Source: an uncultured Planctomycetota bacterium (GTDB lineage Bacteria > Planctomycetota > Planctomycetia > Isosphaerales > Isosphaeraceae). Taken from it: 64,000 bases of DNA. A program made the translations under genes and the position numbers. The DNA lies in contig CAWJTV010000034.1 in the NCBI GenBank assembly GCA_963845755.1, positions 64,001 through 128,000 of the forward strand, written 5' to 3'. Numbering within the stretch: position 1 is the first letter of the stretch; the number at the start of each line of letters is the position of its first letter. Below the pieces are notes generated by a model. The model did not search any database, was not told the origin of the DNA, and was given only the letters and a program-made list of their open reading frames with translations. Below are positions 11,552 to 27,413 of this stretch, piece by piece.

Positions 11552-12109
11552 GTGCGCATTGTCTATCTCCTCGAATTGGTTGGCGGCATGGCGCTCGGAT
11601 CGGCCCTGGTCCGGTGGAGGATCGGGGAGGGGCAGTCCTTCAACGAATGGTTTACGTATAATCACCCATCCTGGCAATTCGACGAATTGGTCTTCAGCCT
11701 TCTGGCCGGAATCGCAGTCGTAGAGTGCACGGGCCTATTGATCGAATCAGTCCGACATAGAGGCCCTCCACACTGGGGAATCGGTAGACGCGTCTGGGCT
11801 GTGGTAGGGATATCGACGTTGCTGGGCAATGCATGGTCTGGGCTGTGGGATATTCTTGCATGCAGAGTTTCCGAGGGATCGTTTCCGACGGTCTCTCGGT
11901 GTATGAGCGATCTGGTGGACCATCTGTTCGTCTACGTAGAGCAGCTCGCCTGGGTCCCGCTCGGTTTGTGTATCGCTGCATGGCTTGGCCGGTGGACGCG
12001 TGACCCTCGACCGGACGGACGTGAATGGGCCGGTCGCGTCTTCGGAGTGGTGATGATTCTCTCGAAACTCTCGGCAGACTTGTACAAGCTTGAGTATTAT
12101 GCTCGTTAG
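11552..12109 (+). CDS. Hypothetical multi-pass membrane protein
   Basis: 185-aa ORF with about 5 hydrophobic segments. Confidence 0.55.
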   Translation: MRIVYLLELVGGMALGSALVRWRIGEGQSFNEWFTYNHPSWQFDELVFSLLAGIAVVECTGLLIESVRHRGPPHWGIGRRVWAVVGISTLLGNAWSGLWDILACRVSEGSFPTVSRCMSDLVDHLFVYVEQLAWVPLGLCIAAWLGRWTRDPRPDGREWAGRVFGVVMILSKLSADLYKLEYYAR

Positions 12110-12322
12110 AACAAACTATTCAATTTCAGTTGAATTGGTACGGCTCAACTATAGTTGAGACTTGCCACTCGAGCCTCGGGCGAACGCTGGGTCGCAAACG
12201 GCACTCCAATGATGAATGGAGCTGCTGCCATGCACCACGTCGTTGGCCCGGGCAGGCCGGCGCGTGACGATGGTGGAGCGTGGAAGGGGTGATCCAAAGT
12301 CCGAACCTCACGGAGATAATCG

Positions 12323-13192
12323 ATGCACGCCCCTTCGACTGGACCAACCGTCCGGGGGCCGCGCCGGCCCCGCATCAGCCTCCGGGCCATGTTCATGGTG
12401 GTCCTGTTTCTCGGCTGTTCGCTCGGCTGGCTCGTACACCGCGCCCGCGTGCAGAAGGCCGCCGTAGACGCCGTCGAACGGGTCCGCGGCGAGGTTCTCT
12501 ATGAGTGGCAGTACAAGGACGGCAAGTACATCCCCGACGGCAGGCCGTGGTGGCCCCGGTGGCTGGTGAGCGTGCTCGGCGTGGACTACTTGGGGAGCGT
12601 CGCGCGGGTCATCGTCACGCAGGACGGTTCCGACGCGGTCCTGGACGAGATCAGCGGCCTCGGCCGGTTGGAGGAGCTGATCTTCACATCCTCGTCGCCC
12701 AGCGACGGCGGGCTCGCGCGCCTCGGCGGACTGACCGGGCTGAGTTATCTGGATCTCTCGAAGAGTGGGGTCACCGACGCCGGCCTCTCGCACCTGGGAG
12801 GGCTTACGGGCCTTCGCTGGCTGATCGTCAAGAATTGCCCGGTTGGTGACACCGGCCTGGCGCACATCCGGGGCTTGACGCGCCTCGAAGGTCTCGGGCT
12901 CAACGGGACCGGGATCACCGACGCCGGTCTGGTGCATCTGAAGGGTCTCTCAGGCCTGCAGGACCTGTACCTCACGGGGACGAGGATCGGGGACGGCGGT
13001 TTGGCTCACCTTGAAGGGCTCGAGGGTCTCCAGTTGCTCTATCTGAATCACACGGTGGTCACGGACGCCGGGTTGGGGCATCTCAGGGGGCTGAAGCGAC
13101 TGAAGTACCTCAACCTCGAGGGGACGGGGGTGACGGACGCCGGGGTGCAGGAACTCCGGAAGGCCCTACCGAATGCGAAAATCGTCCGTTAA
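12323..13192 (+). CDS. Leucine-rich repeat protein (planctomycete type)
   Basis: N-terminal SLRAMF-TM segment, then 24-aa repeats LxGLxxLxLxxTxVTDAGLxHL. Confidence 0.9.
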   Translation: MHAPSTGPTVRGPRRPRISLRAMFMVVLFLGCSLGWLVHRARVQKAAVDAVERVRGEVLYEWQYKDGKYIPDGRPWWPRWLVSVLGVDYLGSVARVIVTQDGSDAVLDEISGLGRLEELIFTSSSPSDGGLARLGGLTGLSYLDLSKSGVTDAGLSHLGGLTGLRWLIVKNCPVGDTGLAHIRGLTRLEGLGLNGTGITDAGLVHLKGLSGLQDLYLTGTRIGDGGLAHLEGLEGLQLLYLNHTVVTDAGLGHLRGLKRLKYLNLEGTGVTDAGVQELRKALPNAKIVR

Positions 13193-13252
13193 CTTAGTTG
13201 ACAGCCCCTCGGACGACCGATTCGAGGAGGTAGGCGGCAGGAGACATAGGCC

Positions 13253-13621
13253 ATGCCTGGCTCTTCAAGGGGGTCGCGACCGCTCGTCGTGGATGGCCGA
13301 CAGTTGCATTGGCGGGTCACCGACCCTTCACCGCCGAACTCCGGCGGCTGGTTGGCTCAACTTACAGTCTTCTCCCGAGTCGGCGGCACGTCGAGACTCC
13401 TGGCTGGCACGACTCGGGATGATTATCCGTATGCCCCACACATCGAATCGTGGTTCAAGCCGCGATGGGTCGAGGCAATCATCCGTCGGGCTCTGGCATC
13501 CGGCTGGACCCCGGAAGCGCGAGCCCCCGATTACCGCCTGCCTTTGGACTATGCCGAGATCATCGAGGAGTTAGAGGCCGCTTTGACCGCACAGTTCTGG
13601 GCGAGCCCCCGCAAAGCCTAA
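13253..13621 (+). CDS. Hypothetical protein
   Basis: 122-aa ORF with upstream GGAGA; the stop abuts the IS end. Confidence 0.5.
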   Translation: MPGSSRGSRPLVVDGRQLHWRVTDPSPPNSGGWLAQLTVFSRVGGTSRLLAGTTRDDYPYAPHIESWFKPRWVEAIIRRALASGWTPEARAPDYRLPLDYAEIIEELEAALTAQFWASPRKA

Positions 13622-13624
13622 GGC

Positions 13625-14949
13625 ACTGTTAAACAATAACTTGAACCATTGCGTTGTACTCTGGCACAGGTCTTGCGTCCTGTTTATTGTATGGATGACA
13701 CGACGACGATGGAAGCTGTGCGGACGAAATATCAGCTCTTACAACCGCTGATGACCGAGCGACTCCGCCGGCAATGGGCCGCGTGTGAGGCCGTGTCGTT
13801 GGGACGCGGCGGCGTCCGCCTCGTCGCTGAGGCCACCGGCCTCTCCCGAACCACGATCTGGGCCGGTCGCAAGGAGTTGCAGCGTCGCGCCGAACGCCCC
13901 CGGGACGACCTGTCGCCCGAACGTGTTCGCGCTCCGGGCGGCGGTCGTCATCTCGTCGAACAGGACGATCCGGCTCTCCTGGCCGCCTTGCGGGGTCCTG
14001 GTCGAATCCTCCACCCGAGGGGACCCGCAATCGCCCTTGTGTTGGACCTCCAAGAGTACGCGGAGGCTGGCCGAGGAACTCTCCGCCCGTGGTCATGCGG
14101 TCAGTTACCCGAGCGTCGCCGCCCTGCTCGATGGCTGGGGGTACAGCTTGCAAGCCGATCGCAAGACCGAGGAAGGTCAGGATCACCCCGATCGCGACGC
14201 CCAGTTCGAGTATATCAATCGACAGGTGATCGCCTTCCAACGAGAGGGTCAGCCGGTCGTCTCCGTCGATGCCAAGAAGAAGGAATTGATCGGGGATTTC
14301 CGCAATCCCGGGCGCGAGTGGCGTCGCCGCGGCCACCCGGAAGAGGTCCGCGCCAAGGACTTCCCGGACAAGCAGCTCGGCAAGGCCATCCCCGAAGGGG
14401 TCTATGACCAGGGTCGGGACGAGGGCTGGGTCAGCGTCGGCGTCGATCACGACACGGCCGAATTCGCCGTGGCGAGTCTCCGGCGGTGGTGGCAGGAGAT
14501 GGGGTCGCCGGTCTATCCCAAGGCCCGTCGGCTCCTGATCACCGCCGACGCCGGAGGGAGTAACGGCTATCGGTCGCGGTTGTGGAAAGTCCGGTTGCAG
14601 GACTTGGCGAATGCCTTGGGCCTGCGGATCTCGGTGTGCCACTTCCCGCCCGGGACGAGCAAGTGGAATAAGATCGAGCACCGCATGTTCTGCCACATCA
14701 CGAAGAACTGGCGTGGCCAGCCGCTCCGCTCGCGGGCCATCGTCGTGAACTTGATCGGCCACACGACGACGAAGACCGGGTTGCGGGTTCGATCGGAGTT
14801 GGATACCCAGACTTACAGGACCGGTATCAAGGTCTCGGAGGATGAACTCGGGGCAGTCCGACTGGAGACAGCCTCGTTTCACGGCGAATGGAACTACACG
14901 ATCGCACCGAAAGACTAAACCCTACTGGTTCAAGTTATTGTTTAACAGT
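13625..14949 (+). mobile_element. ISAzo13-family insertion sequence
   Basis: Perfect 24-bp TIR core actgttaaacaataacttgaacca (13625-13648) and its reverse complement (14926-14949). Exact ends and target duplication not resolved. Confidence 0.9.
13691..14918 (+). CDS. ISAzo13 (Rhodopirellula-type) transposase, frameshift near 13995
   Basis: HPDRDAQF, VSVDAKKKELIG, LLITADAGGSNG, HFPPGTSKWNKIEHRMF, FHGEWNYTI. Confidence 0.9.
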
Positions 14950-15344
14950 CGCTTAATTCTCATAAATCGAGAGAATCTGCCTATCCGACTGAAATACGCC
15001 CATCACTCCAGCCCGCGAGTTCCTCTCGATCGGGCGAATTCCCGCGAACGAACCTCTCCGCAAGCGAGAGTCCCGTTGCCGACGTGGGTCAGCGCAGCGC
15101 CAACCGAGTGCCAACGATCAGCTTGAGACGCACTGCATGGATTCTGAATTGCTTGGACTTTATCGAATGTGGCCACCGGGCGGAAACTTACCTGAGACCA
15201 CTCGTGGCGCGGAGACCGACCCGACGCGCCGCGCGGGGATCGAGGGGCATCCTGGCCGCGCCGGTCCCAGCCACCCCTCATGGGGCGCGTCGGGTCGGAA
15301 CGACCACGATCCCATCGTGCGTCTGTGAATTCCTGCTGGTCGCC

Positions 15345-19054
<3,710 letters not shown>

Positions 19055-19258
19055 GGGGGTCTCGCTCCAGAGGGGAAAGAGGGAGCAGGGCTGCCGGGCG
19101 ATCGCCGTCCCTGGATCGCCCCTCCCTGCGCGCGACAGACCCCGATGCCGGCAATCAAGGCCGCCGGTCTCGGGGCTGGGCGATTTCAAGAAAGCGTTTT
19201 CAGCGTTCAGCCATCTATCTATCAAAGCTTGACTCACTGAACACTGTAAACCGAGCGA

Positions 19259-19668
19259 TTACTTGATCTTGACGGTGGCGCCGGCGTCCTCAAGCTCTTT
19301 CTTGAGCTTCTCGGCGTCTTCCTTCGAGACGCCGGTCTTAATCTCCTTGGGCGACGCCTCGACCAGGTCCTTAGCCTCCTTCAGGCCCAGGCTCGTGGCG
19401 CGCGGACCACCTTGATGACGTTGATCTTGTTGGCACCGATCGCCTCGAGCACGACGTCGAACTCGGTCTGGACCGCGACAGGCTCGGCCTGCGCGGGGCC
19501 ACCACCGCCACTGCCCTGCTGGATAACGGTCGCGGCGGCAGCTTCCAGGCCATAAGCTTCCTTCAGGTACTTCGTGAGTTGAAGCACCTCGAGCACTTTC
19601 ATGTTGACGAGCGAGTCGCCCAGGTTCTTGATGCTATCGGCGAACGGAGTCGCTTCCGCTGTGGACAT
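19259..19668 (-). CDS. rplL: 50S ribosomal protein L7/L12 (frameshift near 19400)
   Basis: [18 protein letters not shown], then [10 protein letters not shown]...[16 protein letters not shown] in the shifted frame. Confidence 0.95.
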
Positions 19669-19790
19669 CGGAGGATGGATCCTTTCATGAGGAAAGTGGG
19701 AAAGCTGATGTTATCGATCAATCGCGTGATTCGACGCCGATCTGGCCCCGTGACCGGGCCATCGGCGATGTTCGTAACAGGTCGCCCTGG

Positions 19791-20369
19791 CTACGGGGAA
19801 GAAGATGAATCGGGAGTAGGGACCTCGGCGCCGGCATCCGCCGAGACTCCCTCGCCCTCCTGCTTTTTGACGAAGGCTTCGAGCTGGCCGATCAGTGTGC
19901 TGGACGGGGAGGAGACCAGCGCCAGGGCCTCGCGGGCGGGCCCGAGCAAGAGCCCCAGCACCTGGCCGATCAGGACCTCACGGCTGGGCAGCTTGGTGAT
20001 ATCCTCGACCTGGTCCGGGCCGACGACCACGCCGTTGACCGCTCCCCCCTTGATCTGGGGTTTCTTGAGGTTCTTGACCTGGGTGGAGATCTCCTTGGCC
20101 AGCTCGGCGATGCCGTCGCCTCCCCAGGCCAGTACCGAGGGCCCCTCCAGGTATCTGGATAGCCCTTCCATGCCCATGTCGGTGAAGACCCGACGGGCGA
20201 GGGAATTCTTCAGGACCCGGAGGCGGATCGACTTCTTCCGCAGGTCGCGGCGGAGGCCGTGCTCGGCGATGGCATCCAGCCCCTTGAGGTCCAGGATCAG
20301 CACCGAGCGGGCCCCGTCGAGGTCCGTCCGGAGCTGATCCATCATCAGTTCTTTAACATACTTACTCAT
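19791..20369 (-). CDS. rplJ: 50S ribosomal protein L10
   Basis: VLKNSLARR, KLPSREVLIGQ; position between rplA and rplL. Confidence 0.95.
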   Translation of the reverse strand: MSKYVKELMMDQLRTDLDGARSVLILDLKGLDAIAEHGLRRDLRKKSIRLRVLKNSLARRVFTDMGMEGLSRYLEGPSVLAWGGDGIAELAKEISTQVKNLKKPQIKGGAVNGVVVGPDQVEDITKLPSREVLIGQVLGLLLGPAREALALVSSPSSTLIGQLEAFVKKQEGEGVSADAGAEVPTPDSSSSP

Positions 20370-20444
20370 GACTCAGGTTGCTTTCCACGCAGCATTGGGA
20401 TTGTGCCCAGGCGGTCGGGTCGATCGCCCCGTTGAGATAGCAGC

Positions 20445-21125
20445 TCATGCCGAGACCCGGATGCCCGGGCTCATGGTGGCCGAGACGGTAACCGATCGGA
20501 TGTAGGTCCCCTTGGCAGCGGCCGGCTTGAGCGACCTCAAGTAGTTCAGGAAGGCGTTGATGTTGTCGGCCAACTGTTCTTCGGAGAAGGCGAGTTTGCC
20601 GACGGAGACCGCGACGTTCCCCCCCTTGTCGTTGCGGAACTCGATCTTGCCGGCCTTGAATTCGCGGACGGCGGAAGTGATGTCGGTCGTGACGGTCCCG
20701 GACCGGGGCGATGGCATCAGGCCGCGGGGGCCGAGCACGCGACCCAGCGGGCCGACGATGCCCATCATGTCCGGCGTGGCCAACGCCACGTCGAAATCCA
20801 TCGTCCCCCCCTTGATCTGCTGCGCCAGGTCGTCGGCGCCCACGATGTCCGCGCCGGCGGCCCGGGCCTTCTCCGCATTCTCGCCCTGGGCGAACACGGC
20901 CACACGCACGCTCTTGCCGATCCCGTGCGGCAAAGCCACCGAGCCCCGCACGTTCTGATCGGTCTGCTTCGGGTCGATCCCCAGGTGTGTCGACACCTCG
21001 ACCGTCTGATTGAACTTCGTCGTGTTGAATGATTTGAGAAGCCGGAGCGCCTCCGGCAGGGGTACCGGCGCGACCGATTTGACCTTCTCTCTGAGTGCGC
21101 GATAACGCTTCGATTGCTTGGCCAT
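20445..21125 (-). CDS. rplA: 50S ribosomal protein L1
   Basis: [35 protein letters not shown]. Confidence 0.98.
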   Translation of the reverse strand: MAKQSKRYRALREKVKSVAPVPLPEALRLLKSFNTTKFNQTVEVSTHLGIDPKQTDQNVRGSVALPHGIGKSVRVAVFAQGENAEKARAAGADIVGADDLAQQIKGGTMDFDVALATPDMMGIVGPLGRVLGPRGLMPSPRSGTVTTDITSAVREFKAGKIEFRNDKGGNVAVSVGKLAFSEEQLADNINAFLNYLRSLKPAAAKGTYIRSVTVSATMSPGIRVSA

Positions 21126-21269
21126 CCGATTCGCTCCTTTCGATGAGATCGACAGAGCTGCCGCCTTGTCCTATTTGGGCTCCCCGGCGGGCGGTCGCAT
21201 CCGGGTGAGTTTTCCGTTCACGGTGACAGAAGGTCTCGTCGTGGATAACTGAACACTGAATATCGAAGA

Positions 21270-21695
21270 CTATCCTTTGATCTCCACTCCCATGCTTCGT
21301 GCGGTGCCCGCGATGATCCGGCAAGCATGTTCGATGTCGCGAGCGTTGAGGTCGGCGATCTTCGTCTCGGCGATCTTCTTGACCTGGTCGGCCGTGACCG
21401 AGCCGACCTTGGTCTTGTGGGGCTCGGCGGAGCCGGAGGCGATCCCGGCGGCCTGCTTGAGGAGGACGGCGGCGGGGGGGCTCTTCGTCACGAATTCGAA
21501 AGTCCGGTCGGAGTAGATGGTGATCTCGACCGGGATGGTGGTCCCCTTCATCTCCTTGGTACGTTCGTTGAACTGCATCACGAACTGACCGATATTCACG
21601 CCGTGCTGGCCCAGGGCCGGGCCGACGGGCGGAGCCGGTGTGGCCTGGCCGCCGGGGCACTGGAGCTTCACTTTCGCCGTCATCACCTTGGCCAT
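21270..21695 (-). CDS. rplK: 50S ribosomal protein L11
   Basis: [27 protein letters not shown]. Confidence 0.98.
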   Translation of the reverse strand: MAKVMTAKVKLQCPGGQATPAPPVGPALGQHGVNIGQFVMQFNERTKEMKGTTIPVEITIYSDRTFEFVTKSPPAAVLLKQAAGIASGSAEPHKTKVGSVTADQVKKIAETKIADLNARDIEHACRIIAGTARSMGVEIKG

Positions 21696-21840
21696 CTATT
21701 TGGTCCTTGAGTCCTCAGGGTTCTTAAGTCCATGGGATGATCCCGAGCGATCCGCAATGTCGAATAGCCTGCCCTGTGCCCTCGCCGCCCCGACCGACCT
21801 CGTAACCGGATCGGCCACGAACGACTCGAGGATGGAAGGT

Positions 21841-22623
21841 CTAGATCCGCTCCACTTGCCAATACTCCAGATCCACCGGCGTGGGCCGATTGAAGATGAT
21901 CAGCATGACCTTGACCAGGCCGCGGCCCTCGATGACTTCCTCGACGGTCCCCTCAAAGTTTTCGAATGGGCCGTCCTTGATCTTCACGCGATCGCCACGT
22001 TCCACGTAGATCCGGACCTTCGGGGCCTCCGCGGTGGACTTTTCCTCCTCCTGATGGAGCATCTGGTTGACCTCGGCATCGGTCATCTTGGTCGGAGTGC
22101 CATGGGCACCGACGAAGTCGCCGACCCCGGGGGTCTCGCGTACCAGGAACCAGGTTTTCTCGTTGAGCTCCATCTGGACCATGATGTAACCGGGATACGT
22201 CTTGCGCTCCACAACGCGTTTCTTGTTATTGCGAATCTCGGTGATCTTCTCGGTGGGGACGACGATTTGCCCGAAGTATCGCTGCAGGCCCTGGATCTTG
22301 ACTCGGCGCTGCAAGGCATCGCGAATGGTGTCCTCGCGCGAGCTCTGGACCTTCAGGACGTACCAGACGAGTTCGGGCGGGGGTTCGTCGTCGTCGAGCG
22401 GGCCGGGGGTGTCGGGCGTCGCGCCCGAGTGGCCCGGATCGGGGTCCAAGGCCGGCGTGGCGGCTGCGACCTCAGCGTCCCGGGCAACAGGTCGTCCGCC
22501 GTCGGGCGTCTGTTCGTCGACCTCGACACCGGGGGGATCGAGGGCTTGCGCTTCGTCGTCCGCGATCGGGCCGGTCGGCTCGGTGGGGGGCTCGTGATTT
22601 GATCGGCTCATAGAAGGAGTCAC
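21841..22623 (-). CDS. nusG: Transcription termination/antitermination factor NusG with acidic N-terminal extension
   Basis: WYVLKVQSSRE, YPGYIMVQM, KOW motif GDRVKIKDGPFENFEG; exact start uncertain. Confidence 0.95.
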   Translation of the reverse strand: MTPSMSRSNHEPPTEPTGPIADDEAQALDPPGVEVDEQTPDGGRPVARDAEVAAATPALDPDPGHSGATPDTPGPLDDDEPPPELVWYVLKVQSSREDTIRDALQRRVKIQGLQRYFGQIVVPTEKITEIRNNKKRVVERKTYPGYIMVQMELNEKTWFLVRETPGVGDFVGAHGTPTKMTDAEVNQMLHQEEEKSTAEAPKVRIYVERGDRVKIKDGPFENFEGTVEEVIEGRGLVKVMLIIFNRPTPVDLEYWQVERI

Positions 22624-22788
22624 TCAGTCATTAATCATGATTCATTCGTCATCGGTGATTGATCTTCGGTTTCGCCCAGGTCTGGCCGCTGGTCCTAGGT
22701 CTGTTATGAGGCTCGGCTTTGCCAACCCGCCCGAGATTCGTGCAGAGCCACCCATGACAAATGACTAATGACCGGTAATGAATGACGT

Positions 22789-23313
22789 TCAGGCCGTGGA
22801 CCCGAATCCGCCTCCCCCGCTGAACTGGAGCACGCCGATTTTCCACAGGATGAACGTCCAAAGCCAGTCCACCACAAAAAGGTACACCGCCATCAGCAGC
22901 ACGGTGCTCAGCACCACCGTGGTTGCGCGGATGAGGTCATCCTTGTTGGTCCACGAGACCTTGTTCATCTCGGCTTCGGTCGCGATCAGGAATTCTGCGA
23001 ATGGCGGGAAGTGGACGATCCGGAAGATCATCCAGCCCAGGACGACCGCGAATGACGCCGGCAACGCGAGCCGCCAGAGCGGGGAATACTCGTACGCTGC
23101 CTCATAAACCTTCCATGCGCCGGCCGCCACCAGGACGCCCAGCGCCAGCCCCGTGTAGACCCGGGCGTACCACCCCTGCATGGGCTTGTAGACCTGGCTG
23201 CGGGTCAGGTTGACGAGGAACTGGGCGAGGAGACCGCTCGGGGCGCCGCCGGGCTTCCCCTTGGCGGGCTTCGCGGACTTCGACGCCGGAACTTCGTCTC
23301 GAACTTTACCCAT
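22789..23313 (-). CDS. secE: Preprotein translocase SecE
   Basis: FLIATEAEMNKVSWT motif with TM helices; position upstream of nusG. Confidence 0.92.
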   Translation of the reverse strand: MGKVRDEVPASKSAKPAKGKPGGAPSGLLAQFLVNLTRSQVYKPMQGWYARVYTGLALGVLVAAGAWKVYEAAYEYSPLWRLALPASFAVVLGWMIFRIVHFPPFAEFLIATEAEMNKVSWTNKDDLIRATTVVLSTVLLMAVYLFVVDWLWTFILWKIGVLQFSGGGGFGSTA

Positions 23314-23440
23314 GGCACCGCTCTCGCTTGCTGGGATTTCCGCGCTGCACGCTCGAAGACGGATCCCCGATCACTTGATTGAATTGGACGCCGAACCGAG
23401 CCCCCATCTCGCCACTGCGCCCAACATCGCCGCGAGATAG

Positions 23441-23513
23441 CACGAGCGGAGGGAATCGAACCCCCAACCGCCGGTTTTGGAGACCGGTGCTCTACCAATT
23501 GAGCTACGCTCGT
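23441..23513 (-). tRNA. tRNA-Trp (CCA)
   Basis: Cloverleaf ACGAGCG...CGCTCGT-G, anticodon arm CCGGT-CTCCAAA-ACCGG, GGTTCGATTCC; 3' CCA not encoded. Confidence 0.95.
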
Positions 23514-23634
23514 TTCTTTCCTTGTATTCACGGAGTCTGCTCACCGGAATGGGGGAGACCGGTGCTCCACCGATTGAGCTAAGCTCGTCTTGTTCGATCC
23601 TCGTTTTGTTGGATTCACCCCGCCGAAATCCGAT

Positions 23635-23787
23635 TCACTTCTTGCGCGATTCCTTGTGGGCCATATGCTTCCGCTCGCGGCGGCAGTATTTTTTCAGCTC
23701 GAGGCGATTGGCGCCTCGGGTTTCCTTTTGAACGCGGTAATTGCGCTCGCCGCATCCGGTACATTCGAGCCAGACATATTCTCGCAT
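23635..23787 (-). CDS. rpmG: 50S ribosomal protein L33
   Basis: Read by hand (below ORF-track cutoff): MREYVWLECTGCGERNYRVQKETRGANRLELKKYCRRERKHMAHKESRKK. Confidence 0.95.
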   Translation of the reverse strand: MREYVWLECTGCGERNYRVQKETRGANRLELKKYCRRERKHMAHKESRKK

Positions 23788-24004
23788 GAAGGTGCTCCTG
23801 CCCGCGCCGGAGGGTCATGATGGCGACCCGCGGATCAACGCAATTCACAAGCCCGCGAAAGGATCGATTCGAGATTACAAGTTCAATAAAAGACCCACCG
23901 GCCGATGAGCAGACGGCCACTCGAACCCCCGGTAGGGCGAGCGGCCGCTTGCCGGCGATCCCGATCACCGTGGGACTGGGTCTCGCGGAGGATCGCGGTT
24001 TCCT

Positions 24005-25216
<1,212 letters not shown>

Positions 25217-25413
25217 TGCTCTGCTCAACGCCTTTCGGCATTCCTTGTGTTTTGCTCAACGCCTTTCGGCATCACTGAGGTCGCTCGCCGAGAAGCCGCC
25301 CCACCGTCAACCTGTTCCATTCGGGACGGCCATCCCAACGGTCCGGGGCGGGAACCGATGGACCCAACTTCCCTCTCGTCCGAATGGTGGACTCGACACT
25401 CAAGAAACCCAAG

Positions 25414-25486
<73 letters not shown>

Positions 25487-25605
25487 ACGTTGTTCGTCCG
25501 TTTCCGCATACTTCACCCGAGCCGGCCATGCCCGCCTCTTCTCCCGTTCGGCGCCGCCGTCTCTGGTTGCATCCCTGCTCGCCCCGATTCTCCCAGCCGA
25601 CGGAG

Positions 25606-25676
25606 AGCGGGTGATGGGAATCGAACCCACGTAGCCTGCTTGGAAGGCAGGTACTCTACCATTGAGTTACACCCGC
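25606..25676 (-). tRNA. tRNA-Gly (TCC)
   Basis: GCGGGTG...CACCCGC-T, loop CTTCCAA. Confidence 0.95.
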
Positions 25677-25819
25677 GGTTGGTCTCCCTTGGCTCCCGGC
25701 AGATCCCTGTCTTTCCGAGTCCGGGAGGACCTTGGCGGTTCGGGTGGGAGTTCCATTTTGACCGTCCCGCGAACACCATCATCAGGTTCCAGTCCGTTCC
25801 ATACCCATCGGGTCGGACC

Positions 25820-25901
25820 TGGGTGGAGCAGGATTCGAACCTGCGAAGGCATTGCCACCAGATTTACAGTCTGGCCCCTTTGGCCGCTTGGGTATCCACC
25901 C
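25820..25901 (-). tRNA. tRNA-Tyr (GTA)
   Basis: GGGTGGA...TCCACCC-A, loop CTGTAAA, long variable arm. Confidence 0.95.
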
Positions 25902-26000
25902 ATCGATATCGGTTGTTTCGTTTCCATCCGATCCCAGTGGCATCCCTCGACTTCCCAATCCGGGGTATTTCCGCACCTCGGTCAGACCGGCGGCGGGCAG

Positions 26001-26073
26001 AGCTGGCGGTGAGACTCGAACTCACAACCTTCGGTTTACAAAACCGAAGCTCTGCCGGTTGAGCTACGCCAGC
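26001..26073 (-). tRNA. tRNA-Thr (TGT)
   Basis: GCTGGCG...CGCCAGC-T, loop TTTGTAA. Confidence 0.95.
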
Positions 26074-26140
26074 AAGCCGTTTGCAGTCCCACCCCCGGCG
26101 CCGAGACCAGGTCGAGCCCAACTGGGCCGTGAAATCACCT

Positions 26141-26168
26141 AGTATACTCGCACGATACCGCATTGCAA
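26141..26168 (-). promoter_or_regulatory. Putative sigma-70 promoter of the tRNA-tuf operon
   Basis: TTGCAA-16 nt-TATACT on the minus strand, about 70 nt upstream of tRNA-Thr(TGT). Confidence 0.6.
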
Positions 26169-26392
26169 CACCTTTCCCGGGCTCGCGGGAAAAAACACCC
26201 ACGACCCCGGAATCGGGGCGCACTACCAGCGCGTCTGAGTCGTATGCGTTTATCATACGATCGGCTCACGGCCCGCGACAAGGGGTCTGTGCGCGGAGAG
26301 GATCAGGAGAGTCCGCTCTCCGGCCAGAGTCATCGCCTCTGCCAGCGTTCCCCCGGGATTGGAGCGTCAGGACGTCCGGTCGGACCTGAACC

Positions 26393-27355
26393 TCACGGGG
26401 AGAGGGTCTCCGCGACGGCTTCGATGGTTGAAGGCGCATGACCTTCCAGGCGATTGTTAATGAAGACGAAGGCGGTCTTGCCGGCGCTGCGCGCCCGCTC
26501 GGCGATTTCATGGAGGCCGGCGCGGGTCGATGGGGCGAGTTCCAGGACGGTGCGATAGGGCTCGAAGCGCGTCACGGCCTGCTCGTAGCTGCGGCCATGT
26601 TGGAGCAGGGCGCGAACGACCGTGAAATCCGCGGTAATGGCCCCGGGCGTTTCGACCTGGTCGATGAGTTCAGGCATGCGCGTCCAGGCGTTGAAGACAT
26701 GCGCGACGCCGTAGGCGGCAAGCATAGCGAAGTATCCGGGTTCGAGGTATTCCGGGTTCCGGATCTCGACCGCATGACGGAATCCGTCGGGCAGTGAGGC
26801 GAGGAATCCGTCGAGCCGCTCCATGAATTCGGCGGCCGATAGCGTCGATTTCGGGATCGTCCCGAACTCGAAGATCAGGGCCGCGATCCGGTCGCGATAG
26901 GGCTCGAGCGGCCGAGTGAACTCGCGGACAAACAACCGGTCATCGAGGAATAACTCATTGACCCGGCCGGCCCGAGGCCCGTAACGGGCATGCCTCGGCC
27001 AGGTTGCGACCGTGATCTCCTCAGGCACCTTGAAGGCGAACTTGAGCGAATCGGGAGTTTCGCCGAAGAGCGCTCGCCAATGATCCGGGGCGGGGAACTG
27101 GTAGAAGCTGAAGTCGCCACAGACGGCGGGGAAGACCTCGGCGTACTCGGCCAGGCACTCGTCCTCGAACTTCCGCCGCGAGAACTTGCCCCGGGCGGTA
27201 TAACGCCCTGGCGTGTAGATCGAGCCCAGCCAGCCCTCGTACTTCCATGAGCTCGTGCCGAAATAAAGCCCCTGATCGGCCAGGGCGCGGAGCCGGGGTG
27301 CCAGCCTCGCCGCTTGGGAGGGCCGGTCGTCATCGAAGAGCGTGAGTTGGGCCAT
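26393..27355 (-). CDS. DUF72 (YecE-like) protein
   Basis: GTSSWKYEGW, DFSFYQFP, FAFKVPEEIT, HAVEIRN, FVFINN. Confidence 0.9.
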   Translation of the reverse strand: MAQLTLFDDDRPSQAARLAPRLRALADQGLYFGTSSWKYEGWLGSIYTPGRYTARGKFSRRKFEDECLAEYAEVFPAVCGDFSFYQFPAPDHWRALFGETPDSLKFAFKVPEEITVATWPRHARYGPRAGRVNELFLDDRLFVREFTRPLEPYRDRIAALIFEFGTIPKSTLSAAEFMERLDGFLASLPDGFRHAVEIRNPEYLEPGYFAMLAAYGVAHVFNAWTRMPELIDQVETPGAITADFTVVRALLQHGRSYEQAVTRFEPYRTVLELAPSTRAGLHEIAERARSAGKTAFVFINNRLEGHAPSTIEAVAETLSP

Positions 27356-27413
27356 AGGTGGCGAGGATCGATGGGAAGGCCGTCGGGGGAGGACCGACGT
27401 GCCGGGACTTCGG

